A stretch of DNA of 32,000 bases from Marinifilaceae bacterium (lineage in GTDB: Bacteria > Bacteroidota > Bacteroidia > Bacteroidales > Marinifilaceae). Positions within the stretch are counted from its first letter, which is position 1, and every line of letters begins with the position of its first letter. The DNA is taken from positions 16,247 to 48,246 of the forward strand of contig JBATVL010000081.1 in assembly GCA_049671745.1 (NCBI GenBank). The letters run 5' to 3'. Shown piece by piece: positions 17,123-31,737 of the stretch. The position numbers and the translations under genes are program-made. The notes beneath the pieces were generated by a model. The model worked only from the letters and a program-made list of their open reading frames with translations. It had not been told where the DNA came from and made no database searches.

Positions 17123-17914
17123 ATGAAGATTATCCTTTATGCATTTGTACTAATAAGTTTATTTTTATCAAGTTGCAATTCTTTATATTTGGCAGGTTAT
17201 ACAGGTTCAGAATATCATCATTTAGAAACACCCTTTGCTAAGAAGGATTCTACTGTTACAGCTCATTATATAAAGGGAGGAATTCAAGAAGGAGTTAAAT
17301 TTTATAAAAAAGAAAAGAATGATATACAATATGTTGGATACCATTATGCTATATCTAAGAGTTATTTTTCTTTTGCAGCTGGAGTAAATGCTTTTCATGG
17401 TAATTATACTGTTAATTCTTTTATTAATGAATCTGTTTCTTTAAACAAAGGATATGATTATTGGGGTGGAGAAATATTGGCAAAAGTAAATGTAAATATT
17501 CCTATAAGTGAACATTTACATTGGCGAATTATTGGTGCTCAAATGAGTTGGAATATGGAAAGAGGTCCTTTTTATGATTTTAGAGATAATATTGTTAAAA
17601 TGGATGAAGCTATGGAAGATGCTGCCACTTTTATGGATACAGCTACTAATTTATCTTTTTATGGAAACACAGAATTTTATTTCCACCCTGCAAAGGATTT
17701 ATATATAGGTATTAATTACGCTTTTGGTCTAATTTTTAAATACCTTAGTTTTAGTTCTATAGTAGGAGCTAATATAGAATATAAAGGAATAGGGTTAAAG
17801 TGTAATTATAGAGAGGGAACACCTTCCCTTTTACATGCTTCTATTCCTACTTTTAATAATAAAATAAACAATAATATAGATTCTTGGCAATACGCTGTTT
17901 ATTTTAAATTTTAA
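17123..17914 (+). CDS. Hypothetical lipoprotein / putative small outer-membrane beta-barrel protein
   Basis: 263-aa ORF that starts 1 nt after the previous stop. It has a lipobox-like signal (LISLFLSSC), a Tyr/Gly/Asn-rich alternating pattern and a C-terminal aromatic ...YAVYFKF typical of OMP termini. I recognise no family motif. Confidence 0.4.
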   Translation: MKIILYAFVLISLFLSSCNSLYLAGYTGSEYHHLETPFAKKDSTVTAHYIKGGIQEGVKFYKKEKNDIQYVGYHYAISKSYFSFAAGVNAFHGNYTVNSFINESVSLNKGYDYWGGEILAKVNVNIPISEHLHWRIIGAQMSWNMERGPFYDFRDNIVKMDEAMEDAATFMDTATNLSFYGNTEFYFHPAKDLYIGINYAFGLIFKYLSFSSIVGANIEYKGIGLKCNYREGTPSLLHASIPTFNNKINNNIDSWQYAVYFKF

Positions 17915-17947
17915 AGAAATCAGCCCCTTTTTACTCTTATTAATGCC

Positions 17948-17985
17948 GCAGCTTATCAGTTTTTACTTGATAAGCTGCTTTTTAT
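17948..17985 (+). terminator. Rho-independent terminator ending the sigma/FecR/TBDT operon
   Basis: GCAGCTTATCA (17948-17958) pairs with TGATAAGCTGC (17968-17978), followed by TTTTTAT. Confidence 0.8.
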
Positions 17986-18029
17986 ATGCATTTATTCACT
18001 CTCATTATTAATTCTTTGCCTATTTTTTA

Positions 18030-18037
18030 TATTTTTG
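18030..18037 (+). promoter_or_regulatory. Candidate -7 promoter box for ffh-folD
   Basis: TATTTTTG lies 56 nt upstream of the ffh ATG and downstream of the preceding terminator. Confidence 0.4.
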
Positions 18038-18092
18038 TCCTTCTATGTGGAGTGAAGAATAATAATATCGAAAACGTAAATCATAATATACA

Positions 18093-19439
18093 ATGTTTGA
18101 AAATTTATCCGATAAGCTTGAAAGATCCTTTAAACTATTAAAAGGGCAAGGGAAAATCACTGAGATTAACGTTGCTGAGACACTTAAGGATGTTAGAAGA
18201 GCATTACTTGATGCCGATGTTAACTACAAGATTGCAAAGGAATTTACTGCAACAGTAAAAGAGAAGGCTCTTGGACAAGATGTTCTAAATGCTGTGAAAC
18301 CTGGTGAGATGATGGTTAAACTTGTTCATGACGAGTTGGCTGTCTTAATGGGAAGCAAGAGTGTTGATGTTAATTTAGATGGAAATCCTACCATTATTTT
18401 GATGGCAGGTCTTCAAGGTTCTGGTAAAACAACTTTCACGGGTAAATTTGCTAATCTTTTAAAGACTAAGAAAGCTAAGAAACCACTTCTTGTTGCAGGT
18501 GATGTTTACAGACCAGCGGCTATAGACCAACTTCATGTGTTGGGAGAACAAATAGGAGTAGAGGTTTATTCTGATAGAGATAATAAAAGTCCAGTTTCAA
18601 TTGCAGAGGCCGCTATTAAGCAAGCAAAAGCAAATGGTAACGATGTGGTTATTGTCGATACTGCTGGACGTTTAGCTGTTGATGAGCAGATGATGAACGA
18701 GATTGCTGCCGTTAAGGAAGCTATCAATCCTACAGAGATTCTTTTTGTTGTAGATGCTATGACAGGTCAAGATGCTGTTAATACTGCTAAAGAATTTAAC
18801 GAGAGATTAGATTTCGATGGTGTTATTTTAACAAAACTTGATGGTGATACTCGTGGTGGTGCTGCTCTTTCTATTCGTCAGGTAGTTAATAAGCCAATTA
18901 AATATGTAGGTACAGGCGAGAAGATGGAAGCTCTTGATGTTTTCCATCCAGAACGTATGGCTGACCGTATCTTAGGAATGGGTGATATCGTTTCTCTTGT
19001 TGAGAAAGCTCAAGAGCAATTCGACGAAGAAGAAGCAAAGAAGTTACAAAAGAAGATTGCTAAGAATCAATTTGATTTTAACGATTTCCTTTCTCAAATA
19101 CAGCAAATCAAAAAGATGGGTAACATCAAAGATCTTGCTGCAATGATTCCTGGAGTTGGAAAAGCTCTAAAGAATGTAGATATAGACGATAATGCTTTTA
19201 ATGGCATAGAGGCTATCATCAAATCAATGACTCCTGATGAACGTCAGAATCCAAATCTTATCAATGGTTCAAGAAGAAAACGTATTGCTGCAGGTAGTGG
19301 TAACGATATTTCAGAAGTGAACAAACTTCTTAAGCAGTTTGAAGAAACTCGTAAGATGATGAAGATGATGTCTGGTGGCGGCGGTGGTATTGCTGGTAAG
19401 ATGATGGGCAAAGCCATGAAGAAAAAGAAAAGAAGATAA
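18093..19439 (+). CDS. ffh: Signal recognition particle protein Ffh
   Basis: 448-aa ORF with an N domain, a GTPase with [14 protein letters not shown] and TKLDGD, and a Met-rich M domain with a basic tail. Confidence 0.97.
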   Translation: MFENLSDKLERSFKLLKGQGKITEINVAETLKDVRRALLDADVNYKIAKEFTATVKEKALGQDVLNAVKPGEMMVKLVHDELAVLMGSKSVDVNLDGNPTIILMAGLQGSGKTTFTGKFANLLKTKKAKKPLLVAGDVYRPAAIDQLHVLGEQIGVEVYSDRDNKSPVSIAEAAIKQAKANGNDVVIVDTAGRLAVDEQMMNEIAAVKEAINPTEILFVVDAMTGQDAVNTAKEFNERLDFDGVILTKLDGDTRGGAALSIRQVVNKPIKYVGTGEKMEALDVFHPERMADRILGMGDIVSLVEKAQEQFDEEEAKKLQKKIAKNQFDFNDFLSQIQQIKKMGNIKDLAAMIPGVGKALKNVDIDDNAFNGIEAIIKSMTPDERQNPNLINGSRRKRIAAGSGNDISEVNKLLKQFEETRKMMKMMSGGGGGIAGKMMGKAMKKKKRR

Positions 19440-19459
19440 AACGACTAACTATAAGAATT

Positions 19460-20341
19460 ATGGAATTAATCGACGGAAGAAAAATATCTGCTGAAGTTAA
19501 AGCTGAAATAGCTGCTGAGGTAGAAGAGATGATAAAAGCTGGGGGCAAACGTCCTCACCTTGCAGCAGTTTTAGTTGGACATGATGGTGCTAGTGAAACT
19601 TATGTAGCAAGTAAAGTAAAATCATGTGCTCAAGTAGGTTTCAAATCTTCAGAGTTCAGATTCGAAGACGATATTACAGAAGAAGAATTACTTAAAGTAA
19701 TCGACAAGCTTAATAACGATGATGATGTTGACGGTTTTATCGTTCAACTTCCTCTTCCTAAGCATATAGATGATAATAAAGTGATTGAAGCTATCAACCC
19801 TTCAAAGGATGTTGATGGATTTCATCCTATGAGTCTTGGTAAAATGGTACAAGGCCTTCCAACTTTCTTACCTGCTACTCCAGCTGGTATTGTAGAGCTT
19901 CTTAAGCGTTACAAAATAGAAACATCAGGAAAGCATTGTGTTGTTGTTGGTAGATCTAACATTGTGGGAACTCCTATGAGTATCTTAATGTCAAGAAAAG
20001 AAGAATGGGCTAACTGTACTGTTACTGTTTGTCATTCTCGTACTAAGAATATTGAAGAGTTTACTCGTCAAGCAGACATAGTAATTGTTGCTTTAGGTAA
20101 ACCTCATTTCTTAACTGCTGATATGATTAAGCCAGGTGCTGTTGTAATTGATGTAGGTATTCACAGAATAAAATCTGATAAAACTAAATCAGGATGGAAA
20201 CTTATTGGAGATGTAGACTTTGACGCTTGTTCTGAGAAAGCTTCTTATATGACTCCTGTTCCTGGTGGAGTAGGCCTAATGACTATTATTGCATTACTTC
20301 AAAATACAATGATAGCTGCAAGAATAAAGAATCAGAAGTAA
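19460..20341 (+). CDS. folD: Bifunctional methylenetetrahydrofolate dehydrogenase / methenyltetrahydrofolate cyclohydrolase FolD
   Basis: 293-aa ORF with [37 protein letters not shown] and [11 protein letters not shown]. It lies 20 nt after ffh. Confidence 0.95.
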   Translation: MELIDGRKISAEVKAEIAAEVEEMIKAGGKRPHLAAVLVGHDGASETYVASKVKSCAQVGFKSSEFRFEDDITEEELLKVIDKLNNDDDVDGFIVQLPLPKHIDDNKVIEAINPSKDVDGFHPMSLGKMVQGLPTFLPATPAGIVELLKRYKIETSGKHCVVVGRSNIVGTPMSILMSRKEEWANCTVTVCHSRTKNIEEFTRQADIVIVALGKPHFLTADMIKPGAVVIDVGIHRIKSDKTKSGWKLIGDVDFDACSEKASYMTPVPGGVGLMTIIALLQNTMIAARIKNQK

Positions 20342-20364
20342 GAATATACAATCTGAATAATATA

Positions 20365-20401
20365 AAAAGAGCTGATATACATTACGTATATCAGCTCTTT
20401 T
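20365..20401. terminator. Bidirectional rho-independent terminator between convergent folD and the GH63-like gene
   Basis: A 16-bp perfect stem, AAAAGAGCTGATATAC (20365-20380) with GTATATCAGCTCTTTT (20386-20401), around the loop ATTAC. The A/T runs at the stem ends give U-tracts in both orientations. Confidence 0.85.
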
Positions 20402-20419
20402 ACTTTGGATTTTTAATAA

Positions 20420-22435
<2,016 letters not shown>

Positions 22436-22438
22436 TTA

Positions 22439-25528
<3,090 letters not shown>

Positions 25529-25551
25529 TTATAAATATATAATAATACTAT

Positions 25552-25595
25552 TATATAAAAAAACTGTCTCGATACTCTTTCGCATATCGAGACAG
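25552..25595 (-). terminator. Strong hairpin/terminator between susD-like and GH2 genes (intra-PUL)
   Basis: A 12-bp perfect stem, ACTGTCTCGATA (25562-25573) with TATCGAGACAGT (25584-25595), around a 10-nt loop. On the minus strand it is followed by TTTTTATATAA. Confidence 0.7.
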
Positions 25596-25625
25596 TATAT
25601 AACTGTTTATTTTATTGTAATCCTT

Positions 25626-27119
25626 TTATTCTGTAATAGAAGGATTATTAGTTATTTCACCATTAGGAATTGGGAAATAATTATGCTCTGGAGATCTGAA
25701 ATTAGCTTTTCCTTTTTTATCACTATTAAGGATTTCCTCTTTTGCAATACCCCAACGTACTAGATCGTAGAAACGCATACCCTCACCGTTGAACTCTAAG
25801 AAACGTTGCTTTCTAAGTTCTTTTGTAATAGTTGCTTTGTCTGAGCCTGCAAAATTTGCTAATCCTGCTCTGTTTCTTATTCTGTTTATTAAATCAACAG
25901 CAGTAGAAAGACTAGTTCCTGTAGCACCTTCTGTAATTGCTTCTGCATCCATCAAAAGAACATCAGCATATCTCATATAAAAGAAGTTAGCTCCGGATTC
26001 TCCTGAAGAAATAGATTTTTTATCTTCTATATACTTCTTGTAACATGGCTTAGGTACTATATTATCTCCAAAATAAGATTGAGCTGGTTCTCCTAAAAAT
26101 GTAGCAGCAGGATCATTAAATGCTACAGATGCAATTAAACGTTTATCGTATTTATTGTCAGGTGTTTTCTCTTTCATAAAGCTATTCATTAATTTTTGTG
26201 AAGGATTAAACATATTCCAACCACCAAAATCATTTGTTGCCATAGTACTTGCTCCTGAATGATTTTTCGAAAGTCCACCAGCTGATATAGCACTAAATTG
26301 AACCTCAAATATAGACTCTATAGAGTTTTCTTTTTTACCATTAAATAGATTCTCATAATCATCACCAGAAACTAAATCAGCTCCTGCTATTTTTTTCAAG
26401 GCTTTATGTGCATCTGTATATTTCTTTTGGTATAGATAAGCTTTACCTAAGAATCCATAGGCAGCATTCTTTGTTGCTCTACCTAAATTCTCAGAACTCC
26501 ATGATATAGGAAGAAGTTCTGCTGCTTGTTTAAAATCCTCGGTAATCAATTTCCAAGAATCTTCTCTGCTTGATAGTCCTTCATTAAGATTATCTTTATT
26601 TGTTGCAGCTTTTTTAAGAACTATTTGTTTATAGTTTTGAAGTAATTGCATATGAAGAACCGCTCTAATAAATAAGGCTTCACCTTTAATATATTTTTGT
26701 TGGTCAGCATTTATATTACCCGCTGGTATTGTTCCTATATTTGCAATTACCCAATTAGCTACGTTCAATGATCTATATTTTTGCCACCAATAATTTGCAA
26801 TTACGTCATTTGTGTTTCTGTACGTAAACTTTCCTATATTTTCAAGATATGACCAATCTGTTGCACCTGATTGAAGTTTAACATCGTCTCCTCTATAGTA
26901 CATAGGATTCATTTCATATTCACCAAAACGCCAATTATTCATCGTTAGTTTCTGATAAGCCTCCATTATTGCAGCTTTGGCATTTGTTTCATTTGTCCAA
27001 AAATTAGCCATTGTTACTTTATCCGGAGATATTTCATTAAGAGATTCTTCCTTACATGAAGAAAGGTTCATTCCCATTATTAATAATAGGATGTATATGC
27101 TTGTTTTATTGAATTTCAT
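25626..27119 (-). CDS. SusD/RagB-family nutrient-binding outer-membrane lipoprotein
   Basis: 497-aa ORF with a lipoprotein signal (MGMNLSSC), an internal TPR-like helical pattern and a typical C-terminus (RFLEF.GEG.RF.DL.RWG...PIP..E...NP). It lies 11 nt downstream of the susC-like gene. Confidence 0.9.
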   Translation of the reverse strand: MKFNKTSIYILLLIMGMNLSSCKEESLNEISPDKVTMANFWTNETNAKAAIMEAYQKLTMNNWRFGEYEMNPMYYRGDDVKLQSGATDWSYLENIGKFTYRNTNDVIANYWWQKYRSLNVANWVIANIGTIPAGNINADQQKYIKGEALFIRAVLHMQLLQNYKQIVLKKAATNKDNLNEGLSSREDSWKLITEDFKQAAELLPISWSSENLGRATKNAAYGFLGKAYLYQKKYTDAHKALKKIAGADLVSGDDYENLFNGKKENSIESIFEVQFSAISAGGLSKNHSGASTMATNDFGGWNMFNPSQKLMNSFMKEKTPDNKYDKRLIASVAFNDPAATFLGEPAQSYFGDNIVPKPCYKKYIEDKKSISSGESGANFFYMRYADVLLMDAEAITEGATGTSLSTAVDLINRIRNRAGLANFAGSDKATITKELRKQRFLEFNGEGMRFYDLVRWGIAKEEILNSDKKGKANFRSPEHNYFPIPNGEITNNPSITE

Positions 27120-27130
27120 ATTAATATTTT

Positions 27131-30100
27131 TTAAAAAGTTAATTGAACTCCGAATAAGAAAGTTCTAGAAATAGGATAACCTCCAAAATCAATTCCTTTA
27201 CTCCATTCGTTATTTGAACCAATCTCTGGATCATTACCTTTATAATTTGTCAAAGTAAAGATATTCTGAGCGCTTGCATATACTCTCAATTTATCAATGT
27301 TTAAACTCTTAGAAATATCAGTTGGAAGAGTATATCCTAATTGAATATTCTTTAATCTTAAGAAAGATCCATCTTCTAGAAAACGTGTAGAAACTCTAGA
27401 GTTACCATTTGGATCACCAAATACAGCACGTGGCATATTTGTGTTTTTATTACTAGGAGTCCATGCGCTTAAAGTACTTGTAGAGTAGTTATTATGATTC
27501 TTCATATTCTCAGTATAGTATCTTGAAGCATTATATATTTTATTGCCATATATGCCATTAAAGAAAGCAGTAAAATCGAAGTCCTTATAATATAAGTTTA
27601 CATTAAATGAATACTCAAAATCTGGAATAGATGAACCACTTAGAGTTTTGTCATCTCCATTTAACTTACCATCTTTATTCATATCTAGGAATCTGATGTC
27701 TCCAGCTTTGGCATTCTGTTGTAGAATAACCTTTGTACCATTAACCATAGTGAAGTGATTGTTTACTTCAGCTTGCGATTGAAAGATGCCTGCTGTTTGA
27801 TATACATAGAATGAAGACATAGATTCACCTGCTATTGTTTTTGTTACAGCTTCTTCTCCTCCAATTTTAGCACCCCAAACAGAATTGTCATTATCAGATA
27901 GTTTAAGAACTTTATTACTTACTGTTGTAAATGTTCCTGTTAATTCCCAATTCAATTCACCTTCTTTATTTTGATAAGTCAACTCTAATTCTAATCCTTT
28001 ATTTTCCATCTCTCCAATATTAATCTTTGGGTCGTTAATACCTGCAGACCATGCTATTGGAGCATTTAGTAACATATCTTTTCTTGAGTTAATATAGTAG
28101 TTAACGCTACCAGTAATCTTAGAATTTAGTAATCCGAAGTCTAAACCAAAGTTTTTAGCTGTTACTTCTTCCCATTTAAGATTTCTATTATCAAGAACAG
28201 CTAAACCGTTAGATCCTGTGAAATTCTGACTTTGACCTAATGGATATCCAGAACCTGAATATATATTTGCTGCATATTCATAATCTGAGATATTCGACTC
28301 AGAACCTATTTTACCGTAAGAAGCTCTTATCTTAAGATTATTAACTATATCTGAATAGTTTGAGAAGAAATCTTCTTTATGTATATTCCAACCTGCAGAA
28401 GCTGAAGGGAATGTACCATATCTATTGTCTTTACCAAAACGTGATGAACCATCTCGTCTTAAAGTTGCTTGCACTAAATATTTTCCATCAAATGAGTAGT
28501 TTAATCTTCCGAAAACAGATTGCCTAATATAATTTATTTCTGTTCCTGTTCCTGCAAAGATTCCACCCTTACCTGCATTTATTGTGTTAAAGTTTTCATC
28601 TAAGAATCCTGCTTTTTTTCCATCTTTATCTTTCCCTTCTACACTAATATTAGCAGATCTATATTTTGTTTTAAGTAATGTAGCACCCAACATAACTCCA
28701 AAATTATGTTTGTCCATATCTTTATTGAAATTTAATACCGGTTCAACAAGATAACTTGTCTTTCTAAAATTACTTTCACTTATAGATGGAAATTCAACTG
28801 ATTGTTGAGAGTTAATTTTAAAACTAGGCGAGTGTGTTCTTCTTTGATAGAAATAATCTGTTATAGAAGAGTTTACTGATATATTTAATCCATCTATTAT
28901 TTTATAATCAAGTTTAAGAGATGTTACTGCTTCAAAGTTTTTCTCCTTATCTGTCATGAAATTTTGTTTACCTACAGGATTATCATATTTAAGTACTCCA
29001 TCTATATAGCCATATCCACTTTGTTTTGTAGCATCGTAAACAGGAATAATAGGAGTGATTTTTCTCGTTTCAGTTAATGAAAGTGTTTGGTTGTCTATAT
29101 AATTGTTTTGAATAGAAATATTAGGAGATATAGTTAAATTACCTTTTTTAAGCTGAGCTTTAGCACGTAAATTATATTTTTTGTATCCAGTTCCAATTAC
29201 TGTTCCTTCTTGATCAAGATAAGAGCCAGAAATCATATATTTTAGATTTTTAGAACCTCCACCTATATTTATACTGTAATTTTGAGTTGCAGCTTGTCTG
29301 TAAACTTCATCTTGCCAATCTGTATCTGCATTTTTATGTTTCCAACTACTAGTATGCCAAGGTGTTTCACTCAAATCTTTACCTGCATTTAGTGTAGCCA
29401 TTTTATTAACTTTTAACCATTGTGCAGAATTACACAGGTCAAGAGTATTTACAACATTCTGTAATCCATAGTATGAAGAGAAATTTATCTTCACATCGCC
29501 TTCTTTACCACTCTTAGTTGTAATTAAGATAACACCATTTGCTGCTCTAGAACCATATATAGCGGCAGAAGATGCATCTTTTAAGACTTCCATTGAAGAA
29601 ATGTCATCTGGATTAATGAAATTTATATCTCCTGGTACACCATCTATAATATATAAAGGTGCATTACCTCCAAATGAACCAATACCTCTAATTTTCACTT
29701 CTACACCAGATCCGGGAGCACCACTGATCGCTTTTACACTTACTCCAGCAATTCTTCCTTGAAGCGACTCAGCAGCAGTAGAAACAGCAACTTTTGAAAT
29801 TTCTTCACTTTTTACAGAAGAAACAGCACCTGTCATATCAGATTTCTTTTGTACACCGTATCCAACAACCACAAAATCATCTAAAACAGTTTTGTTTTCA
29901 AGTAAAGTAATATTTAAATATGTTTGATTTAATACTTTAACTTCTTGTGTTTTAAAACCTACAAAAGATATTACTAGAATATCTCCATTTTCTGTATCTA
30001 TACTGAACTTTCCATCTATATCAGATGTTGTTCCTTTTGTTGTTCCTTTTACTGCAATACTTACACCAGGTAGACCAAGTCCGTTCTCATCTTTTATAAC

Positions 30101-30268
30101 ACCTTTTTTCTCTATTGATTGATAGATTCCGAAATCGTTTGTAATATTTGTTCCAAAACTAGTAGTTGGAATTCCTGTAAGTGCAAATACAGATAAGCAT
30201 GTATATATCGAGAGCCTCCTCAATGCTAGTCTGTTTTTTAATGTCAATAATTGTTTAGTTTTTTTCAT
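27131..30268 (-). CDS. SusC/RagA-family TonB-linked outer-membrane transporter
   Basis: 1045-aa ORF. It has a CarboxypepD_reg-like domain (GVIKDENGLGLPGVSIAVKGT..GT.SD.DGKFSI). The plug has the SusC signature (AESLQGRIAGV...IRGIGSF...PLYIIDGV...I.SMEVLKDASSAAIYGSRAANGVILITTK). It ends in ...GVQLTF and has no STN domain. Confidence 0.95.
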   Translation of the reverse strand: MKKTKQLLTLKNRLALRRLSIYTCLSVFALTGIPTTSFGTNITNDFGIYQSIEKKGVIKDENGLGLPGVSIAVKGTTKGTTSDIDGKFSIDTENGDILVISFVGFKTQEVKVLNQTYLNITLLENKTVLDDFVVVGYGVQKKSDMTGAVSSVKSEEISKVAVSTAAESLQGRIAGVSVKAISGAPGSGVEVKIRGIGSFGGNAPLYIIDGVPGDINFINPDDISSMEVLKDASSAAIYGSRAANGVILITTKSGKEGDVKINFSSYYGLQNVVNTLDLCNSAQWLKVNKMATLNAGKDLSETPWHTSSWKHKNADTDWQDEVYRQAATQNYSINIGGGSKNLKYMISGSYLDQEGTVIGTGYKKYNLRAKAQLKKGNLTISPNISIQNNYIDNQTLSLTETRKITPIIPVYDATKQSGYGYIDGVLKYDNPVGKQNFMTDKEKNFEAVTSLKLDYKIIDGLNISVNSSITDYFYQRRTHSPSFKINSQQSVEFPSISESNFRKTSYLVEPVLNFNKDMDKHNFGVMLGATLLKTKYRSANISVEGKDKDGKKAGFLDENFNTINAGKGGIFAGTGTEINYIRQSVFGRLNYSFDGKYLVQATLRRDGSSRFGKDNRYGTFPSASAGWNIHKEDFFSNYSDIVNNLKIRASYGKIGSESNISDYEYAANIYSGSGYPLGQSQNFTGSNGLAVLDNRNLKWEEVTAKNFGLDFGLLNSKITGSVNYYINSRKDMLLNAPIAWSAGINDPKINIGEMENKGLELELTYQNKEGELNWELTGTFTTVSNKVLKLSDNDNSVWGAKIGGEEAVTKTIAGESMSSFYVYQTAGIFQSQAEVNNHFTMVNGTKVILQQNAKAGDIRFLDMNKDGKLNGDDKTLSGSSIPDFEYSFNVNLYYKDFDFTAFFNGIYGNKIYNASRYYTENMKNHNNYSTSTLSAWTPSNKNTNMPRAVFGDPNGNSRVSTRFLEDGSFLRLKNIQLGYTLPTDISKSLNIDKLRVYASAQNIFTLTNYKGNDPEIGSNNEWSKGIDFGGYPISRTFLFGVQLTF

Positions 30269-30332
30269 AAGATTTAGAGTTTTGTCTTTATAAACTAATT
30301 TATTAATGTGTATTTATAACTTAGTGATGAAA

Positions 30333-30340
30333 CAAATATA
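30333..30340 (-). promoter_or_regulatory. Candidate -7 promoter box for the susC/susD operon
   Basis: The minus strand reads TATATTTG, about 65 nt upstream of the susC-like ATG at 30268. Confidence 0.4.
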
Positions 30341-30341
30341 T

Positions 30342-30384
30342 AAAAAAAAACAATACATCCAACCAGTACCTACTAGTTGGATGT
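30342..30384 (-). terminator. Hairpin plus T9 run downstream of galM (probable galM terminator); overlaps the shared motif at 30359-30379
   Basis: ACATCCAAC (30355-30363) pairs with GTTGGATGT (30376-30384). On the minus strand the hairpin is followed by ATTG then T9 (the A9 at 30342-30350 on the + strand). Confidence 0.5.
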
Positions 30385-30586
30385 GTTGTTTTATATTTAT
30401 CAAAAGTTGTCTAGCTCTTTATTTATATGGCGTATCGCCATTTAAAAAATATTAAAAAAATATAAACAGCTCTATTTGAGAATACTGTATAAAGTTTTAA
30501 TATTGGTAATTATGTATGATATTTATATATATATCAGTTGAGGACTGTTATGTTTGGGTTTGTAATACTCTTTGTTTAAAAAATGT

Positions 30587-31594
30587 TTATGCTGTTATTA
30601 TGAACTCTAGAATGATTTTATTGTTAAACTGTTTGTTCTTGTTATAGACTATATTAGTATAATCATCTAAAGGTTTTAGATATGGTTGTGCTTGTGGTTC
30701 GAATGCTATTCCTGAGTAATTACCATATTCCTTAGTGTTTATAAATTCTCCTGCATATACTTGTACATGAGATTGGTTTGTTGAAATGTCAAGACTAATA
30801 TCTTTATTAGGAGAACTTAGTCTGGCAATCTTTTTTATCTGCATATTTTCTTCTCCAGTGTAATAAGTATGGTCGTAACCATGTTCACCCATATCTTTTA
30901 TTATGCTTTTTTCTTCTCTAAAATCTAGACGTTTAGGTAATTCTGTTTTTTTGCCAGTATGTATAAGTTCTTCATTCATCTCAAGATATGAGTTGATATT
31001 CATTTGTAAAGTGTGATCAAGTATAGTTTTGTCATTACTTAGATTAAAATAGCTATGATTAGTAATGTTTATAGCAGTGTCATTTTCTGATATTCCAATA
31101 TATTCTATCTCTAAACGATTATCTTCTGTAAGATTAAAATTTGCGTAAGAAGTTAGTTCATTAGGAAAATTCTCTTCTCCATCTGGACTTATATACTTTA
31201 GAGATAAACAATCTTTATTTGACTCATCTCTTTCCCAGACCCTTTGATTGAAGCCAATATTTCCACCATGAAGTTGATGTTTGCCATGATTACATGTAAG
31301 TTGATATTTTTTATCTTTAAGATATAATTCACCTTTTTCTATACGTCCAGCAACTCTGCCTATTGCAGCTCCAAAATTGGGACAATCATTTAGGTACTCC
31401 TCTGATATATAATCTAGATAATTTTCAAATCCTAAAACAATATTTCTTTTTCCCGTTTTAAGAGGTAGATGTATAGCTTGTATTGTTGCGCCAATGTTCA
31501 ACATAAGAATTTCTACGTTATTTTTATTTGAAAGTCTGTATTGTATAATCTCTTTTTTGTCAAATGTTCCTAATTTCTTGCTTTCTAGTTTCAT
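30587..31594 (-). CDS. galM: Aldose 1-epimerase (galactose mutarotase)
   Basis: Motifs are GA.I....LP, NFGAAIGRVAGRI, HQLHGG..GF and ITNHSYFNL, plus a C-terminal FEPQ. I chose the start at ATG 31594 (MKLESKK). The track start at 31621 is a TTG that adds 9 residues. Confidence 0.85.
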   Translation of the reverse strand: MKLESKKLGTFDKKEIIQYRLSNKNNVEILMLNIGATIQAIHLPLKTGKRNIVLGFENYLDYISEEYLNDCPNFGAAIGRVAGRIEKGELYLKDKKYQLTCNHGKHQLHGGNIGFNQRVWERDESNKDCLSLKYISPDGEENFPNELTSYANFNLTEDNRLEIEYIGISENDTAINITNHSYFNLSNDKTILDHTLQMNINSYLEMNEELIHTGKKTELPKRLDFREEKSIIKDMGEHGYDHTYYTGEENMQIKKIARLSSPNKDISLDISTNQSHVQVYAGEFINTKEYGNYSGIAFEPQAQPYLKPLDDYTNIVYNKNKQFNNKIILEFIITA

Positions 31595-31637
31595 TTTGTT
31601 TTTTTTTGTTTGAAAATACAAATCTACAAATAAATTT

Positions 31638-31658
31638 CAACTAGTCTGTACTGGTAGG
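31638..31658 (+). promoter_or_regulatory. Candidate operator/upstream element shared with 30359-30379
   Basis: CAACTAGTCTGTACTGGTAGG matches the reverse complement of 30359-30379 (CAACTAGTAGGTACTGGTTGG) at 18 of 21 positions by manual alignment. It lies 23 nt upstream of the TATATTTG box at 31682. Confidence 0.3.
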
Positions 31659-31681
31659 CTTGAAACTAAAATCGTTTTACC

Positions 31682-31689
31682 TATATTTG
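31682..31689 (+). promoter_or_regulatory. Candidate -7 promoter box for the GntR-family regulator
   Basis: TATATTTG lies 49 nt upstream of the ATG at 31738. Confidence 0.4.
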
Positions 31690-31737
31690 CGAGTTAATAG
31701 TTTGTTATATAGAAAAATATATATAAAAATTCAAAAT

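Noticed and set aside
19330-19548. 72-aa minus-strand ORF spanning the ffh/folD junction
   Set aside because: It lies antisense to two highly conserved housekeeping genes and has a Ser-rich low-complexity translation.
30427-30441. GC-rich palindrome ATGGCG-TAT-CGCCAT downstream of galM and upstream of susC
   Set aside because: It could be an operator or a second terminator hairpin. It has no adjacent U-tract, no second copy in the window and no match to operator consensus sequences I know. I noted it but did not call it.
31595-31621. TTG-initiated 9-codon extension of galM, and the similar TTG start at 12629 for the FecR gene
   Set aside because: The track translates TTG as Met. In-frame ATGs at 31594 and 12635 give normal N-termini, and nothing supports the extensions.
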